The notes: generated by a model from the letters alone, not told the origin. 64,000 nt of DNA from an uncultured Gammaproteobacteria bacterium (GCA_964411255.1 CAYPKD010000005.1:5547-69546); one strand, 5' to 3'. Positions 20,013 through 30,200 are shown, counted from the first letter of the stretch. Numbers and translations are program-made.

Positions 20013-20774
20013 ATGGATAACGTAAAACAAAAACTTATTGATTTTGGTTTGTTTGAGCAAGAAGCTGAGGCATATATTGAGTTATTAAAAAAAGGAGAAG
20101 CAAAGGCTGACGATTTAATTTATGGAACAAAAGACCATAATGATTTAATAGTGGCTTTGGATTCCTTAGCTGACCGGAATTTAATTAAAAAAATTGTTGG
20201 CAATGGCTCAGTTTATTATAAAGCAGAAGATCCGGAAAAAATTTTTAAAAATTTGAGTATAAAAAAAGCTCAGGCAGCTTCAAGCAAAGAAAAAATTGAT
20301 CAAGTAGTGGTAAATCTGGATTGGATTTATAATCAGACAGAACGGCCGACAATGGCAAATTCATATAGGGGATATCAAGGTCTTTTGGAAGCTAGAAAAA
20401 AAATTCTCAGCCAAAAATACGATAAAATTTATAATATTACTGCATTAAACAAATATCTTCCGAGAAATCATGTACAATCTTTGCTGAGTCAGGTGAAAAA
20501 TGGATTTTATGCAATTATTCCAAAATCAGATATTGAATATTTAGAAAAGATTAAAGATTTGATTGACAATGAACCAAAATTAAAGATTAAAATTATTGAA
20601 GATGATTTGTGGCAGGAAAAAATGGAAATTTTGATATTTGGAGATTGCGTATCATTTGGTAATAATGAAGATGAACAGCTTTATACAATGATTGAGGATA
20701 AAATCGTTGCGGTGGCAATGAAAAATATGTTTTTTAGCATTTGGAATGGTATTGAAGATGAATTTAAAAAGTAA
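20013..20774 (+). CDS. TrmB-like regulator paralog
   Basis: N-terminal LIDFGLFEQEAEAYIELLKKGEAKADDLI resembles the TrmB HTH. Tandem with the previous gene; start could also be TTG 19971. Confidence 0.45.
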   Translation: MDNVKQKLIDFGLFEQEAEAYIELLKKGEAKADDLIYGTKDHNDLIVALDSLADRNLIKKIVGNGSVYYKAEDPEKIFKNLSIKKAQAASSKEKIDQVVVNLDWIYNQTERPTMANSYRGYQGLLEARKKILSQKYDKIYNITALNKYLPRNHVQSLLSQVKNGFYAIIPKSDIEYLEKIKDLIDNEPKLKIKIIEDDLWQEKMEILIFGDCVSFGNNEDEQLYTMIEDKIVAVAMKNMFFSIWNGIEDEFKK

Positions 20775-21138
20775 AAACCGGACATGAAGATGCCCGGGTA
20801 ACCCTGCTAGTGGAAGTTTTTTAATCACAACCAATATTAGCGCGCAGAAGAGTATGTATTCATCCTGGCTGAGTCCGTTTCCTCCAGCTTTAAGCACAGT
20901 ACATCTGTACAGAGCCAATAGAAGCAGAATCTGCGTTTGGTAAATTATCTCTCTGCACACAGCTGGCTTTGACCGATTACTGCTCAGAAGGGAAATAACT
21001 TGCACAATACACTCTCCTTATGCTATTTTGTTCGCTTTGAAGTTTTACCCTCAAAGGTACTATCAAATAGATCATAAAGAAAAGCATACGCAGGGTAATA
21101 CTATTATATATCAAAGAAATAAAAATGGAAATAGGTTA

Positions 21139-21167
21139 TTGACAAAACGGTAAAAATGTGATAGTAT
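21139..21167 (+). promoter_or_regulatory. candidate promoter TTGACA-17-TAGTAT (extended TG)
   Basis: Direct motif match upstream of ORF 21204. Confidence 0.4.
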
Positions 21168-21203
21168 TAAATATAATATATTATTTTATAAGGAGGTGCT
21201 ATT

Positions 21204-21398
21204 ATGGCCAGAAAAAAGACAAAGATTACCATTAAAATGAAGGAAACTGAGCAAGAGAAAGCTAAAAGGCGGCGTCGATCTGCCAGACGGGCAGGAGAGA
21301 CAGTTCATAAGCCTACCAGAGCTCATGAACCAAAAACCCGCTATAAGCGATCTCGAGCCAAACAGCAGCTTCGCAATCGACTGCAAAAGGAGGGCTAA
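21204..21398 (+). CDS. small highly basic protein (64 aa)
   Basis: Strong RBS TAAGGAGGTG, Lys/Arg-rich sequence, GC-richer than flanks. Function unknown; possibly a nucleic-acid-binding or ribosomal-like protein. Confidence 0.45.
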   Translation: MARKKTKITIKMKETEQEKAKRRRRSARRAGETVHKPTRAHEPKTRYKRSRAKQQLRNRLQKEG

Positions 21399-21420
21399 GC
21401 ATGGCTTGCCAAACTAAAAA

Positions 21421-21455
21421 AACCCTGATTCAATTTCAGGGTCTTTCTTTTTTAA
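21421..21455. terminator. bidirectional terminator
   Basis: Hairpin aaccctgattcaatttcagggt flanked by an A-run and a T-run, between convergent genes. Confidence 0.7.
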
Positions 21456-21464
21456 AATATTAAT

Positions 21465-23537
21465 TTAATCTTCTACTTGCTGAGTAATTACGCCCTTTTC
21501 TTTTCCTTCTTCATCAAATTCTAAATTTGTAGAAATCGGATTTAAGGATATTATCAATGAATCACCGGTAATTGAGTCTTTTGCTTCTAAGCTGGTGTTT
21601 TCAGTTAGCTTCATTAGTTTGCCAATGTCATCGTTAGTTGGTTCCAGACTGAGCTCAAAGTTTGTATGAGCTTCATTTACTGACTGAGGAAGCCTGTTAA
21701 TTTCCCAGGTTATTTGATTTGTATCAGAATTATAATTAATTTGCCCAGTCGTTATTTGTTCATTTCCTGACCAGCTTACTTTATCAGCCAGAGTAGCTTT
21801 TATTTTTACATCTGTTATTTCATGCAGATTATTTGAAATATCCCAGAAAATTTTATAGGTTGTCTTTTCATTTGCTTGCGGTGGAAGAGGACCAGAGCCG
21901 ATTTCATTCCCATCCTGATCATAATATAATGCTTTTATACCTAAAGCAATGTCTGTATTTAATTTGATTTCAATTGTCGAACTGTCAATTGTCGGCTCTT
22001 CTTCATTAATGGTTAATTGCAAATATAATTTTATGTTTTGCTCAGCTAAGCTTTCGTTTGAAAAGTCCTGCAAGGCAGCCAGTTTTTTTATTGGAATTGA
22101 AAATTCAATAACATTTTCTGAATAGGCATTTAAATTGCTTATATTCCAGCTTATTTGAGAGCCTTCTTCTGTATCCTCCAAATCACCGCCGCTCAGATCA
22201 CTGTTTTTCCAATCTAACACCTCTAACGGCCATTCAGTAATATTGGCAATTAGCCCGGCATCTTCAACATCCTGATCGCTTGTGTTTTTTATCACTGCAG
22301 TACAATTTATATTTTCACCATAGCTGGTATTACTATTTTCAGTTTTTCCATTTATTATTAAGTAAGCCAAAAGTTCTTGATCAGAAAGCTCTATAGTAAA
22401 TTGTTCTGATTTTTGGACAAAATTTTGGTCAAATTCTCCAGGATATAAAATTTGGAATTCAAATGGCTGATTTTTTTCAATTGTCGCTAAGTCAATGTCT
22501 TCGGAAAATATGCCTTCAACAGTTATTTCCTGTTCATTATTATCTGCTTTAATATTTTCAATTACCCATTCATTATTTTCAGATTTTGGCTGGCTTTGAA
22601 TAATTGAAAAATCAGCAGGAGATACTAATTTGATGATTAATTTTTCATAATCGATTTCTGTCGGGTTGCTATATGATAATGTCAAATTGAATTTTTGTCC
22701 TGGTATGGCATTTTGAGGATTAGTAATCAGTGCTTCAAGCTCAAGCGGCAAAACCTGGGTTGAATGCGTCTCTATTTTACTGAACTCAGAATTAAAATTT
22801 TCCGGGTTATAGGAAATAGTGGCATTAATTTTTTGAGTTGTGTCAACCTGTGTTATTAATTTACCTTTTATTTTTATTTGTCCAGATTCATTGATTTTAA
22901 TTTTATCAAAATTCCAGGTGCTATTTTCTGTTTCCGGAACTTGTTCAGTTAAGGAAAATCCTTTTGGCATTCTTACAAATAATTTAACATCTTTTAACGC
23001 CACCTGACCTTCATTTTCATAATTTATCAGATATGTGACCTCCTCGCCAATTTGGGTCTCGTCAGGTCCGATTATGCTAATTTTAATTTTATCCTCAGCA
23101 AACTGTTTTCTTTTATTAAAAACAATAAATCCAAATATACTGGCAGCAGCGATAATAAAAAGAAAAATAAGGGCTGATATTATAATAGTGCGTTTCCTCC
23201 TTTTTTGTCTTTTATCCATGATATGAGCCAGTATAGTTTCTTCTTCTTTCGCCTCTTTTTCAACATCTGAATTTGTCTGAAATAACTCTGCGGCCTGCTT
23301 ATATATAGAAGCAATTGATTCAGTATTTTTTGTTTTCTTTTTAAATAAGCTGAATTTACTTTTTTTCTTTTTTTGGGGTTTGTTTTTCTTCTGCTCTTTC
23401 TTCTTACCAGGTTTTTTCTCAGTTTTTTTATTAGTTATGGTTGTCTCTTTTTTTGAATCAGAATTTTTCTTTTCTTGATCAGAAAGATTTTTTTGTTCTG
23501 TATTTTTTTCTTCTTGGTTTGTGTTTTTATTTGACAT
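21465..23537 (-). CDS. membrane-anchored surface protein with Lys-rich cytoplasmic N-tail
   Basis: N-terminal K-rich tail, one TM helix, and a large repetitive extracytoplasmic region. No recognisable catalytic motifs. Confidence 0.5.
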   Translation of the reverse strand: MSNKNTNQEEKNTEQKNLSDQEKKNSDSKKETTITNKKTEKKPGKKKEQKKNKPQKKKKSKFSLFKKKTKNTESIASIYKQAAELFQTNSDVEKEAKEEETILAHIMDKRQKRRKRTIIISALIFLFIIAAASIFGFIVFNKRKQFAEDKIKISIIGPDETQIGEEVTYLINYENEGQVALKDVKLFVRMPKGFSLTEQVPETENSTWNFDKIKINESGQIKIKGKLITQVDTTQKINATISYNPENFNSEFSKIETHSTQVLPLELEALITNPQNAIPGQKFNLTLSYSNPTEIDYEKLIIKLVSPADFSIIQSQPKSENNEWVIENIKADNNEQEITVEGIFSEDIDLATIEKNQPFEFQILYPGEFDQNFVQKSEQFTIELSDQELLAYLIINGKTENSNTSYGENINCTAVIKNTSDQDVEDAGLIANITEWPLEVLDWKNSDLSGGDLEDTEEGSQISWNISNLNAYSENVIEFSIPIKKLAALQDFSNESLAEQNIKLYLQLTINEEEPTIDSSTIEIKLNTDIALGIKALYYDQDGNEIGSGPLPPQANEKTTYKIFWDISNNLHEITDVKIKATLADKVSWSGNEQITTGQINYNSDTNQITWEINRLPQSVNEAHTNFELSLEPTNDDIGKLMKLTENTSLEAKDSITGDSLIISLNPISTNLEFDEEGKEKGVITQQVED

Positions 23538-26070
23538 AATCTTTTAGTTCAAAAATTAATCCGATTAATTCATCAGTATTTAATACTGTTTGCCCCACAG
23601 CTTTATTTCTATCTTTAATTTTTGCATCTTCAGGATAGAGCCATTTTATTTTATAATTATCAGGCAGAATAATGTTTGTTTTCAAGTCAATATTTTGCAT
23701 TCCTGGCTGTTTTTGAATAAACAGAGAATAAAATTGTGAGGAATTATTATTGTCAAAAACTGAATCAATTAATTTTTCTAACCATGAATTATCTTCTGGC
23801 AAGCTCAATCGAAAAGGCAAGGCATATGAGAGTTCTATTGTGCTTTTTTCATTTATTGGTGTTTGTATCCAATTGGCAAAAACCGTTTTACCTGATTCAG
23901 TATAAATTTCTGTTTTTGAAAGAGGATGAACTGAAACTGGAGTGATTATTTTTGACAGGGTTTGATCAGGCATTGCATTATTTAAAGGTTGATAAAAATT
24001 TGCTTCCTTCATGCTAGAAAAACCAGTAGCCTTTATTAGCTGGCTGCCCTGTGGAACAAATATTTTTAAATATGAGGTATTGGTCATGTTTTCAAAAATA
24101 TCATCAGGATCGCCTTTGTGTTCTCTTTCTATTCGCAAATTATTTATAATAGTACCGTTTTCATCGATATTGGTTGTTAATTCAACTTTTTGATGCATCA
24201 CATGGCTGGTTTTTCCACCCATCATGTTTATATCAACAATTGCCAGATAATCTTTTGATGTTTGCTTGACCTCGCCAGCCCAATTATATTCAACCACCAT
24301 TTTTTGCAGTTCTGGGTCATTTAAATACATTAATATTTCTTTTTTGCTAAAGCTGGTATTTAAGGTTTTTAGGATATTCGTTAAAGTAGCATCCTTGGCA
24401 GAGAAAATTGATTCAAGAATTTGAGGCGTAATATCAGCAATGAACTGTTTTGGCTTATTTTCTTCCCGGTCATATTCCAATTCCACAGATTTTTGGGTTT
24501 CTTCAATAAAATTTTCTGCTGTAATAATTTTTCCATATTGAGCTGCTTCAATTGGCGGTATATGATCAAGCAGTTGCTCTATTAGGCTGGCATTTATTGC
24601 TATTATGCCATCAACAGTTGCACCGCCGGCTTTTTGAAAAAACCATTCTATTTTCTGGGCTGAAGTAGGGAAGTCAAAAAACCAGTTTGAATCCTGCATT
24701 TCCCATTTATTATTCACTAATAGCAAAGGCTGCGGCGGAATTAAGCTTTCATACAAAGTTCCCTGAAAATCATAAGTACCGCCGCCAGGAATTTCAATAT
24801 TTTTTATTTCTCCTTTGTAAAAATCAACTAAAGCGACACTGCCCATAAAACCGCCGGTTGGCCGAAGCTCCCGGTTGTTTTGGAAAATTATCAGATATCT
24901 TTTTTTCTTTTTATGACCCAATACTTCCATCATAAATTTAGTAAATGAATCCAGCGTGTGAAAATCAGAATTAAATTGATGGATTTGCGACTTGACCTGA
25001 ACGAATTGATCTGCAAATTCCTCTGGAATGGCATTGGGGCTTATTAGATTTATTTTTTCAGTTGATTGATCGACTAAAGGAAGCGCTTCCTGTATTTGTA
25101 TTTGAATGTATGAAATTTTGTCAGTAATTTTTGAATTATCATTATAAAAATAATTTAGGCTTTCACTGAATATTTGCCCTAAAAGTGAAATGTTTTCTCC
25201 GACTTCAAGCAAATTTTGGGCATCAGATAAAGTTTTTCCTTCATATGGAACTATTTTTAGTATTGGTTGAAGTAAACTGCTGATTTCATCCAGCTGATTT
25301 TTTGCATTGTCAAAATTTCTTTCTGCTTTATTAAAATGTTTTTGTGCTGATGAAGGATTTTTTTCTGAAATTGCAGAGCTGGCAATTTTTAAGTCGCTAT
25401 ATGCGTCTTTTGTCAAATCAAGGACCTTGTCTTTTGTTTGATTTAATTTATAAAAGTGGCTGAAAGCATGAATCGGCCCAGCTAATAGAAGACAAACAAT
25501 TATAAAAACCGTTAATGCCCTGGCCCAGCCAACGGGTAAGACAAAAAGTCTTGGTTTAGTATATTGGCATTTAATTTCTTCATCAGATAATTTTATTTTT
25601 TTAAAATATGTTTCATTAAATTCTGAATTTAAACTGTCTGATCCTTCATCTACAATCTCAGCCTTTTGGGAAAGATCGAGCAGGTGAGGTGATATTTTTG
25701 GTTTGGCCTTTTTATATGAGGATTTGTTGGCAGTGTTTTTATTTAATAAAAAAGCAATATCTGCTTCATCTGAAGCATTGCTTTTTAAAATATTATCTAA
25801 TTTATTTTTCGACTTAACACCTTTTTTTCTTTTTGGAACAGCTTTTACTTTCTTTCTGGCTTTTTTTGTTATTGAACTCTTTTTTTTAACAAATTTTTTC
25901 TTTGTCGTTTTGTTTTTTGATTTTGGTTTTGCTTTTTTTATAATTTTTTTCTTTGCAGCAACTCTAACAGCCTTCTTAGCTTTTTTGTTAGAAGTTTTTT
26001 TCCTCACCACCTTTTTTTTAATGGTTTTCTTTTTTGCAGGTTTTTTGATTTTTGTTTTCTTTATTGCCAT
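23527..26070 (-). CDS. DUF4012-like membrane protein with Lys/Arg-rich N-tail
   Basis: Basic N-terminal tail, a TM helix, and an RELRPTGGFMGS block reminiscent of DUF4012. It overlaps the downstream gene by 11 nt. Confidence 0.5.
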   Translation of the reverse strand: MAIKKTKIKKPAKKKTIKKKVVRKKTSNKKAKKAVRVAAKKKIIKKAKPKSKNKTTKKKFVKKKSSITKKARKKVKAVPKRKKGVKSKNKLDNILKSNASDEADIAFLLNKNTANKSSYKKAKPKISPHLLDLSQKAEIVDEGSDSLNSEFNETYFKKIKLSDEEIKCQYTKPRLFVLPVGWARALTVFIIVCLLLAGPIHAFSHFYKLNQTKDKVLDLTKDAYSDLKIASSAISEKNPSSAQKHFNKAERNFDNAKNQLDEISSLLQPILKIVPYEGKTLSDAQNLLEVGENISLLGQIFSESLNYFYNDNSKITDKISYIQIQIQEALPLVDQSTEKINLISPNAIPEEFADQFVQVKSQIHQFNSDFHTLDSFTKFMMEVLGHKKKKRYLIIFQNNRELRPTGGFMGSVALVDFYKGEIKNIEIPGGGTYDFQGTLYESLIPPQPLLLVNNKWEMQDSNWFFDFPTSAQKIEWFFQKAGGATVDGIIAINASLIEQLLDHIPPIEAAQYGKIITAENFIEETQKSVELEYDREENKPKQFIADITPQILESIFSAKDATLTNILKTLNTSFSKKEILMYLNDPELQKMVVEYNWAGEVKQTSKDYLAIVDINMMGGKTSHVMHQKVELTTNIDENGTIINNLRIEREHKGDPDDIFENMTNTSYLKIFVPQGSQLIKATGFSSMKEANFYQPLNNAMPDQTLSKIITPVSVHPLSKTEIYTESGKTVFANWIQTPINEKSTIELSYALPFRLSLPEDNSWLEKLIDSVFDNNNSSQFYSLFIQKQPGMQNIDLKTNIILPDNYKIKWLYPEDAKIKDRNKAVGQTVLNTDELIGLIFELKDYVK

Positions 26071-26094
26071 AATTTACTAGAAGATTGAAAATGG

Positions 26095-27213
26095 TTAATT
26101 CAGAAGAGAATTATATATTTGCAATGTCCTTTCCGCGCATTTTTGCCAGGAATATTTTTTTGTTTGCTCAAATCCTTTGTTAATCAGATTCTGTTTTTTA
26201 TTTTCATCTGAAATAACCTGATACATTTTATCAGCCATTTCATTTGGGTTTTTAGGATCAAAATATTCTGCTGCATTTCCTAATACTTCTGGCAGACTTG
26301 AGGTATTTGATGAAACTACTGGTGTGCCGCAAGCCATTGCTTCAATACCGATTAGGCCAAAGCCTTCAATAAAAGAAGGAATGACATAAATGTCTGCTGC
26401 ATTATAAAATACCGGTAAATCCTTATTAGAAATAAATCCTGGTCTAATAATATCTTTTTCTAAGCCAAGCTTTTCCCAGGTTTGGCGCACTTCAGGATAA
26501 TGAGGATCTTCATTGCCGCCAATAACCAGTTGATAGTCCAGATTATACTTGTTTTTCAAAACATGAAAAGCACGGATTAGGCCAGGTAGATTTTTATGAT
26601 TGCGCCAAACGCCAACATAAAAAATAAAAGGCTTGGATATCCCGTATTTTGCTTTTACTTTATTAATTATACCATAATCTTCTATAACCCGGAAGTCTGA
26701 TTTTACCCCCAAATAAGTCACAGTTATCTTTTTAGCTGGTACTTTAAAATACTTAATTACATCGTTTTTTGTACTTTCTGAAACAGTGATAACTTTTTTG
26801 GCCCGAGTGACTGAATTTTTAAAAACAAAACGAAATCCATGTCTTCTTACCCATGATGACATTCGATGACCTGGAAAATGATGTGGAGTGACATCATGAA
26901 TAGTGACAACTGATGGCTTAAAATAAAAAAATGGCGAATTAAAATGCGGATAATGAATAATATCAATTTCTTCCTTTAAAAATTGGAGTGGCAATAATAC
27001 TTGCTCAGCATAGCTATACCAGCGGGGAGTTACTTTTACTTTTGTTACATTTTCGTTAAAAACCTGAAATTCAGAAAATTGCGGTTCTCGCAAATACAAA
27101 ATATATTGATTATTCTTATCAATTTTAAAAAGATTGTCTGTTAGATTTTTAATATAATTGCCAATGCCAGTTTGGGCTGAGCCATACATTCTGGCATCGA
27201 TTCCTATTTTCAT
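26095..27213 (-). CDS. glycosyltransferase family 4 (GT-B)
   Basis: EGFGLIGIEAMACGTPVV motif and GT4 architecture. Confidence 0.85.
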   Translation of the reverse strand: MKIGIDARMYGSAQTGIGNYIKNLTDNLFKIDKNNQYILYLREPQFSEFQVFNENVTKVKVTPRWYSYAEQVLLPLQFLKEEIDIIHYPHFNSPFFYFKPSVVTIHDVTPHHFPGHRMSSWVRRHGFRFVFKNSVTRAKKVITVSESTKNDVIKYFKVPAKKITVTYLGVKSDFRVIEDYGIINKVKAKYGISKPFIFYVGVWRNHKNLPGLIRAFHVLKNKYNLDYQLVIGGNEDPHYPEVRQTWEKLGLEKDIIRPGFISNKDLPVFYNAADIYVIPSFIEGFGLIGIEAMACGTPVVSSNTSSLPEVLGNAAEYFDPKNPNEMADKMYQVISDENKKQNLINKGFEQTKKYSWQKCAERTLQIYNSLLN

Positions 27214-27420
27214 AAAATTATGAATAATTATAAATGAAATGAATGCTTATTTATTACAAATAATTATGAATTATCTATTACGAAACTACAAATCAACTAC
27301 ATAAACTACGAAAGCCAGGGTTTGTAACTGCGAAAGATAAATTATAGATTGATTTGTAAATTTATTGCTAGTATGTTAATTTTACCAAAAAGAGGATCTT
27401 TATAAAAGGAGAGTAGGAAA

Positions 27421-27753
27421 ATGAGACAGATGCCCTGGGAAAAAGTGAAAGGAAATTTGTTTTTTTTATTAAAACCTGATACTGAACCAACCTATGTTAT
27501 GAGAAATGGTGTACCAACAGCTATTATAATGGGCATTAATTATTTTAAACGATTAGAAATAGCCGAGGTGACAAGATTATCTTTGATAGAGTTGAGAGAA
27601 TATTTTAGCAAATGGTCGCAAAGATCATCAAAGGCAGCGATTGTATCTGTAAATAAAAAGGAAATGATGGCTATTATGGGAATTAATTTTTACAGGATGA
27701 AAACAAGAGCTTTTAAGGTAATAGATGGTGGAAAAAATAAAACTTCTGGATAA
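27421..27753 (+). CDS. Phd/YefM antitoxin-like protein with internal duplication
   Basis: The N-terminal half matches the Phd/YefM pattern (NL...RNGVPTAIIMGINYFKRLE). The second half repeats the motif (AAIVSVNKKEMMAIMGINFYRMK). RBS AAAGGAGAG. Confidence 0.4.
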   Translation: MRQMPWEKVKGNLFFLLKPDTEPTYVMRNGVPTAIIMGINYFKRLEIAEVTRLSLIELREYFSKWSQRSSKAAIVSVNKKEMMAIMGINFYRMKTRAFKVIDGGKNKTSG

Positions 27754-27767
27754 AATCTGGGAGTTTT

Positions 27768-28907
27768 TTATTCATTGATTGTTTTAAAAAAATTTTCTGC
27801 TGTTTGTTGCCAATTGAATTTTTGCACCTGGACAGATCCTTTGCCAATCAGATTTGCCCGTAAATTATTGTCACCTAAAATTTCTTTAATTGCCCAAAAA
27901 ATTTCATTAATATTATACGGATCAATAAACAGAGCTGTATTTTCGCAAATTTCAGTCAGTGATGAAGTGTGGCTGGTAATTACCGGTGTTCTGCAAGCCA
28001 TTGCTTCAAGTGGTGGAAATCCAAATCCTTCATAATATGAGGGATAGATAAAAATATCTGACAAATTATAAATATAAGGCTTGTCTTCAATGTCAATATA
28101 GCCTGGGAAAAAGATTTCGTTTTCCAATTTTAATGTTTGAATTAAATTAAATATTTCATTATATTTCCAGCCTTTGGCACCGGCGATTACCAGTTTATGG
28201 GGGAAATTTGTTTTTTTCTTTAATAATGCAAATGCTTCAACTAGTGACTCAATGTTTTTTCTTGGCTCAAGCGTGCCCAGGCTTAGAATAAATTTGTCAG
28301 GTAAATTGTATTTTTGTTTTATTTCTCCTTTTTTATCTTTTGAAAAATTAATATTTACACCAGAATAGACAACTTCTATTTTATTTGGATTAATATTATA
28401 TAAATCTATTAAATCGCGTTTAGTATTTTCTGAAACAGCAATTATTTTATGTGCATTTTTAAAAATTTGCCTGCAATCAATTGATTTATGCCAGATTCTT
28501 CTTTTTAAAGAATAAAAATATGGAAATATTTCAAAAGACAGATCATGGGCGGTTATAATATACTTTCCAATGGGTGATATTGATAAAAAGTTAATGTTTG
28601 GGAAAAAAAACATATCAACTTTTTTATTATATTTGGACAGAATCAGAGAGTCTAAAAAAGGACGTTCAAAAATCTTAATACAAGCATTTAATATTTTATT
28701 TGGGTAAGTAAATTCACACAAAGTTATATTATCCTGGCAGAGGCCGTTAATATGTTTCAGATAAGGTTCTCTTTTATTATAAAATAAAAAATATTGATTT
28801 TGAGAATCAATATTAAAAAGATATTTTAATAAATTAAAAGTATATTCGCCAACTCCAGTCAGTTTTTTTTCCATTAATGATCGAACATCAATGGCAATGT
28901 TTTTCAT
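27768..28907 (-). CDS. glycosyltransferase family 4
   Basis: EGFGFPPLEAMACRTPVITS motif. Confidence 0.85.
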   Translation of the reverse strand: MKNIAIDVRSLMEKKLTGVGEYTFNLLKYLFNIDSQNQYFLFYNKREPYLKHINGLCQDNITLCEFTYPNKILNACIKIFERPFLDSLILSKYNKKVDMFFFPNINFLSISPIGKYIITAHDLSFEIFPYFYSLKRRIWHKSIDCRQIFKNAHKIIAVSENTKRDLIDLYNINPNKIEVVYSGVNINFSKDKKGEIKQKYNLPDKFILSLGTLEPRKNIESLVEAFALLKKKTNFPHKLVIAGAKGWKYNEIFNLIQTLKLENEIFFPGYIDIEDKPYIYNLSDIFIYPSYYEGFGFPPLEAMACRTPVITSHTSSLTEICENTALFIDPYNINEIFWAIKEILGDNNLRANLIGKGSVQVQKFNWQQTAENFFKTINE

Positions 28908-28911
28908 ACTT

Positions 28912-30015
28912 TTATCTGCTAGAAATAAAATAGTTATCCTGTTTTATGACTTCTTTTATTTTTTTCTTAAATTGCTCAGTATCAAACTGCAGGGCATGAT
29001 TTCGGATCTGCTCTGAATCAAAATGAAATTTTTTAAAATGCAAAATTTGATAAGCTAAATCTTCCCAATTTTGCTCTTTGAAAAAAAGTCCGGTCTGGGC
29101 ATCAATAATTGTATCTAAAGCGCCGCCAGCCTGATAAGCTATAACTGGCCGGCCAGAGGCCATTGCTTCAACAGCAGTGATGCCAAAGTCTTCTTCCTGC
29201 GGATTAATAAACGCCTGGCAGCTGGCATAGAGTTCAGCTTTTTTAGCATCAGTTACATTTCCTAAAAATTCAACATTTTTCTTTGCCATTTTTTTTAATC
29301 TGCTGTAATCAGGACCAGTACCAAAAATTTTTAAGGGCATATTTAATCGATTAAAAGCCGTAACAGTTAAATCAAATCGTTTATAAGGCACAAGTCTGCC
29401 GCCAGTTAAAAAATAATTTTTCGGAGTATTATTTATATAAAATTTTGAGGTTTCAACTGGTGGATATATCACCAGGCTATCCTGTCCATAGTATTTTTTA
29501 ATTCTTTTTCTGACTGTATTTGAATTTGCAATAAACAAATCAACCCGGTCAGCTGCCAGTTTATCCCACATGCGCAGTTTGCTTAAAGCTAATGGCAGGA
29601 ATTTTTTTATCAATCGGTTTTGTTTCAGGTTTTCAACATAAGTCTGGCTGTCAGTCCAGAGGTAGCGGGTGGGAGTATGGCAATAGCAAATATGTTTTGT
29701 GTTTGGTTTGGTGATAATCCCTTTAGCAAAGGCTGAGGAGCTGGAAATTACAGTATCAAAATTTGATAAATCATAATTTTCAGTAGCTGCTGGCATCCAC
29801 AAAAGAAACCATTGGTATTTTCTAATGCCTAAGGGCAGTTTTTGCAAAAATGACGGATTAACCTGCTTTTCTTTCATGTCATCATTCATTTTTTTCTTAT
29901 CATAAACCAGGGTATATATTGGACTTTGCGGAAAAACATCATGTAAAGTACGCAAAACTTTTTCAGCTCCGCCTTCTTGGGTCAGGTGATCATGTACTAA
30001 TGCAATTTTTGCCAT
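28912..30015 (-). CDS. glycosyltransferase family 4
   Basis: ITAVEAMASGRPVIA motif; tandem with the previous GT. Confidence 0.85.
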   Translation of the reverse strand: MAKIALVHDHLTQEGGAEKVLRTLHDVFPQSPIYTLVYDKKKMNDDMKEKQVNPSFLQKLPLGIRKYQWFLLWMPAATENYDLSNFDTVISSSSAFAKGIITKPNTKHICYCHTPTRYLWTDSQTYVENLKQNRLIKKFLPLALSKLRMWDKLAADRVDLFIANSNTVRKRIKKYYGQDSLVIYPPVETSKFYINNTPKNYFLTGGRLVPYKRFDLTVTAFNRLNMPLKIFGTGPDYSRLKKMAKKNVEFLGNVTDAKKAELYASCQAFINPQEEDFGITAVEAMASGRPVIAYQAGGALDTIIDAQTGLFFKEQNWEDLAYQILHFKKFHFDSEQIRNHALQFDTEQFKKKIKEVIKQDNYFISSR

Positions 30016-30089
30016 AAAAAGTCAAATTTTTGTGTAAAATAAGAGAATTTCTACTGATAGTATAGCTGAAAATTGATAATTTTGGAAGA

Positions 30090-30200
30090 AAACAGATATT
30101 AATTTGTTTCCGTTTTATATCTGTTGCTATCCGCTTGCCCCGAGCGACCTGTCCTGAGCGAAGTCGAAGGAAGTTGAGGCGTTGATCCGTTTCTATTAAA
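30090..30200 (+). repeat. MITE-like repeat element, degenerate copy C
   Basis: Shares gaaaacagat..., cctgtcctgagcgaagtcgaagg and gttgatccgttt blocks with copy A. The 5' half is degenerate. Confidence 0.5.

Noticed and set aside
20880-20900. Second RNase P-like P4 word (GGAGGAAACGGACTCAGCC on the minus strand)
   Set aside because: Only this one word matches. None of the other conserved RNase P blocks are nearby, and a complete rnpB exists at 38151-38760.
25703-26080. 125-aa Phe-rich + ORF
   Set aside because: It is the antisense of the Lys-rich (AAA/AAG) N-terminal tail of the minus-strand DUF4012-like gene and has no RBS.
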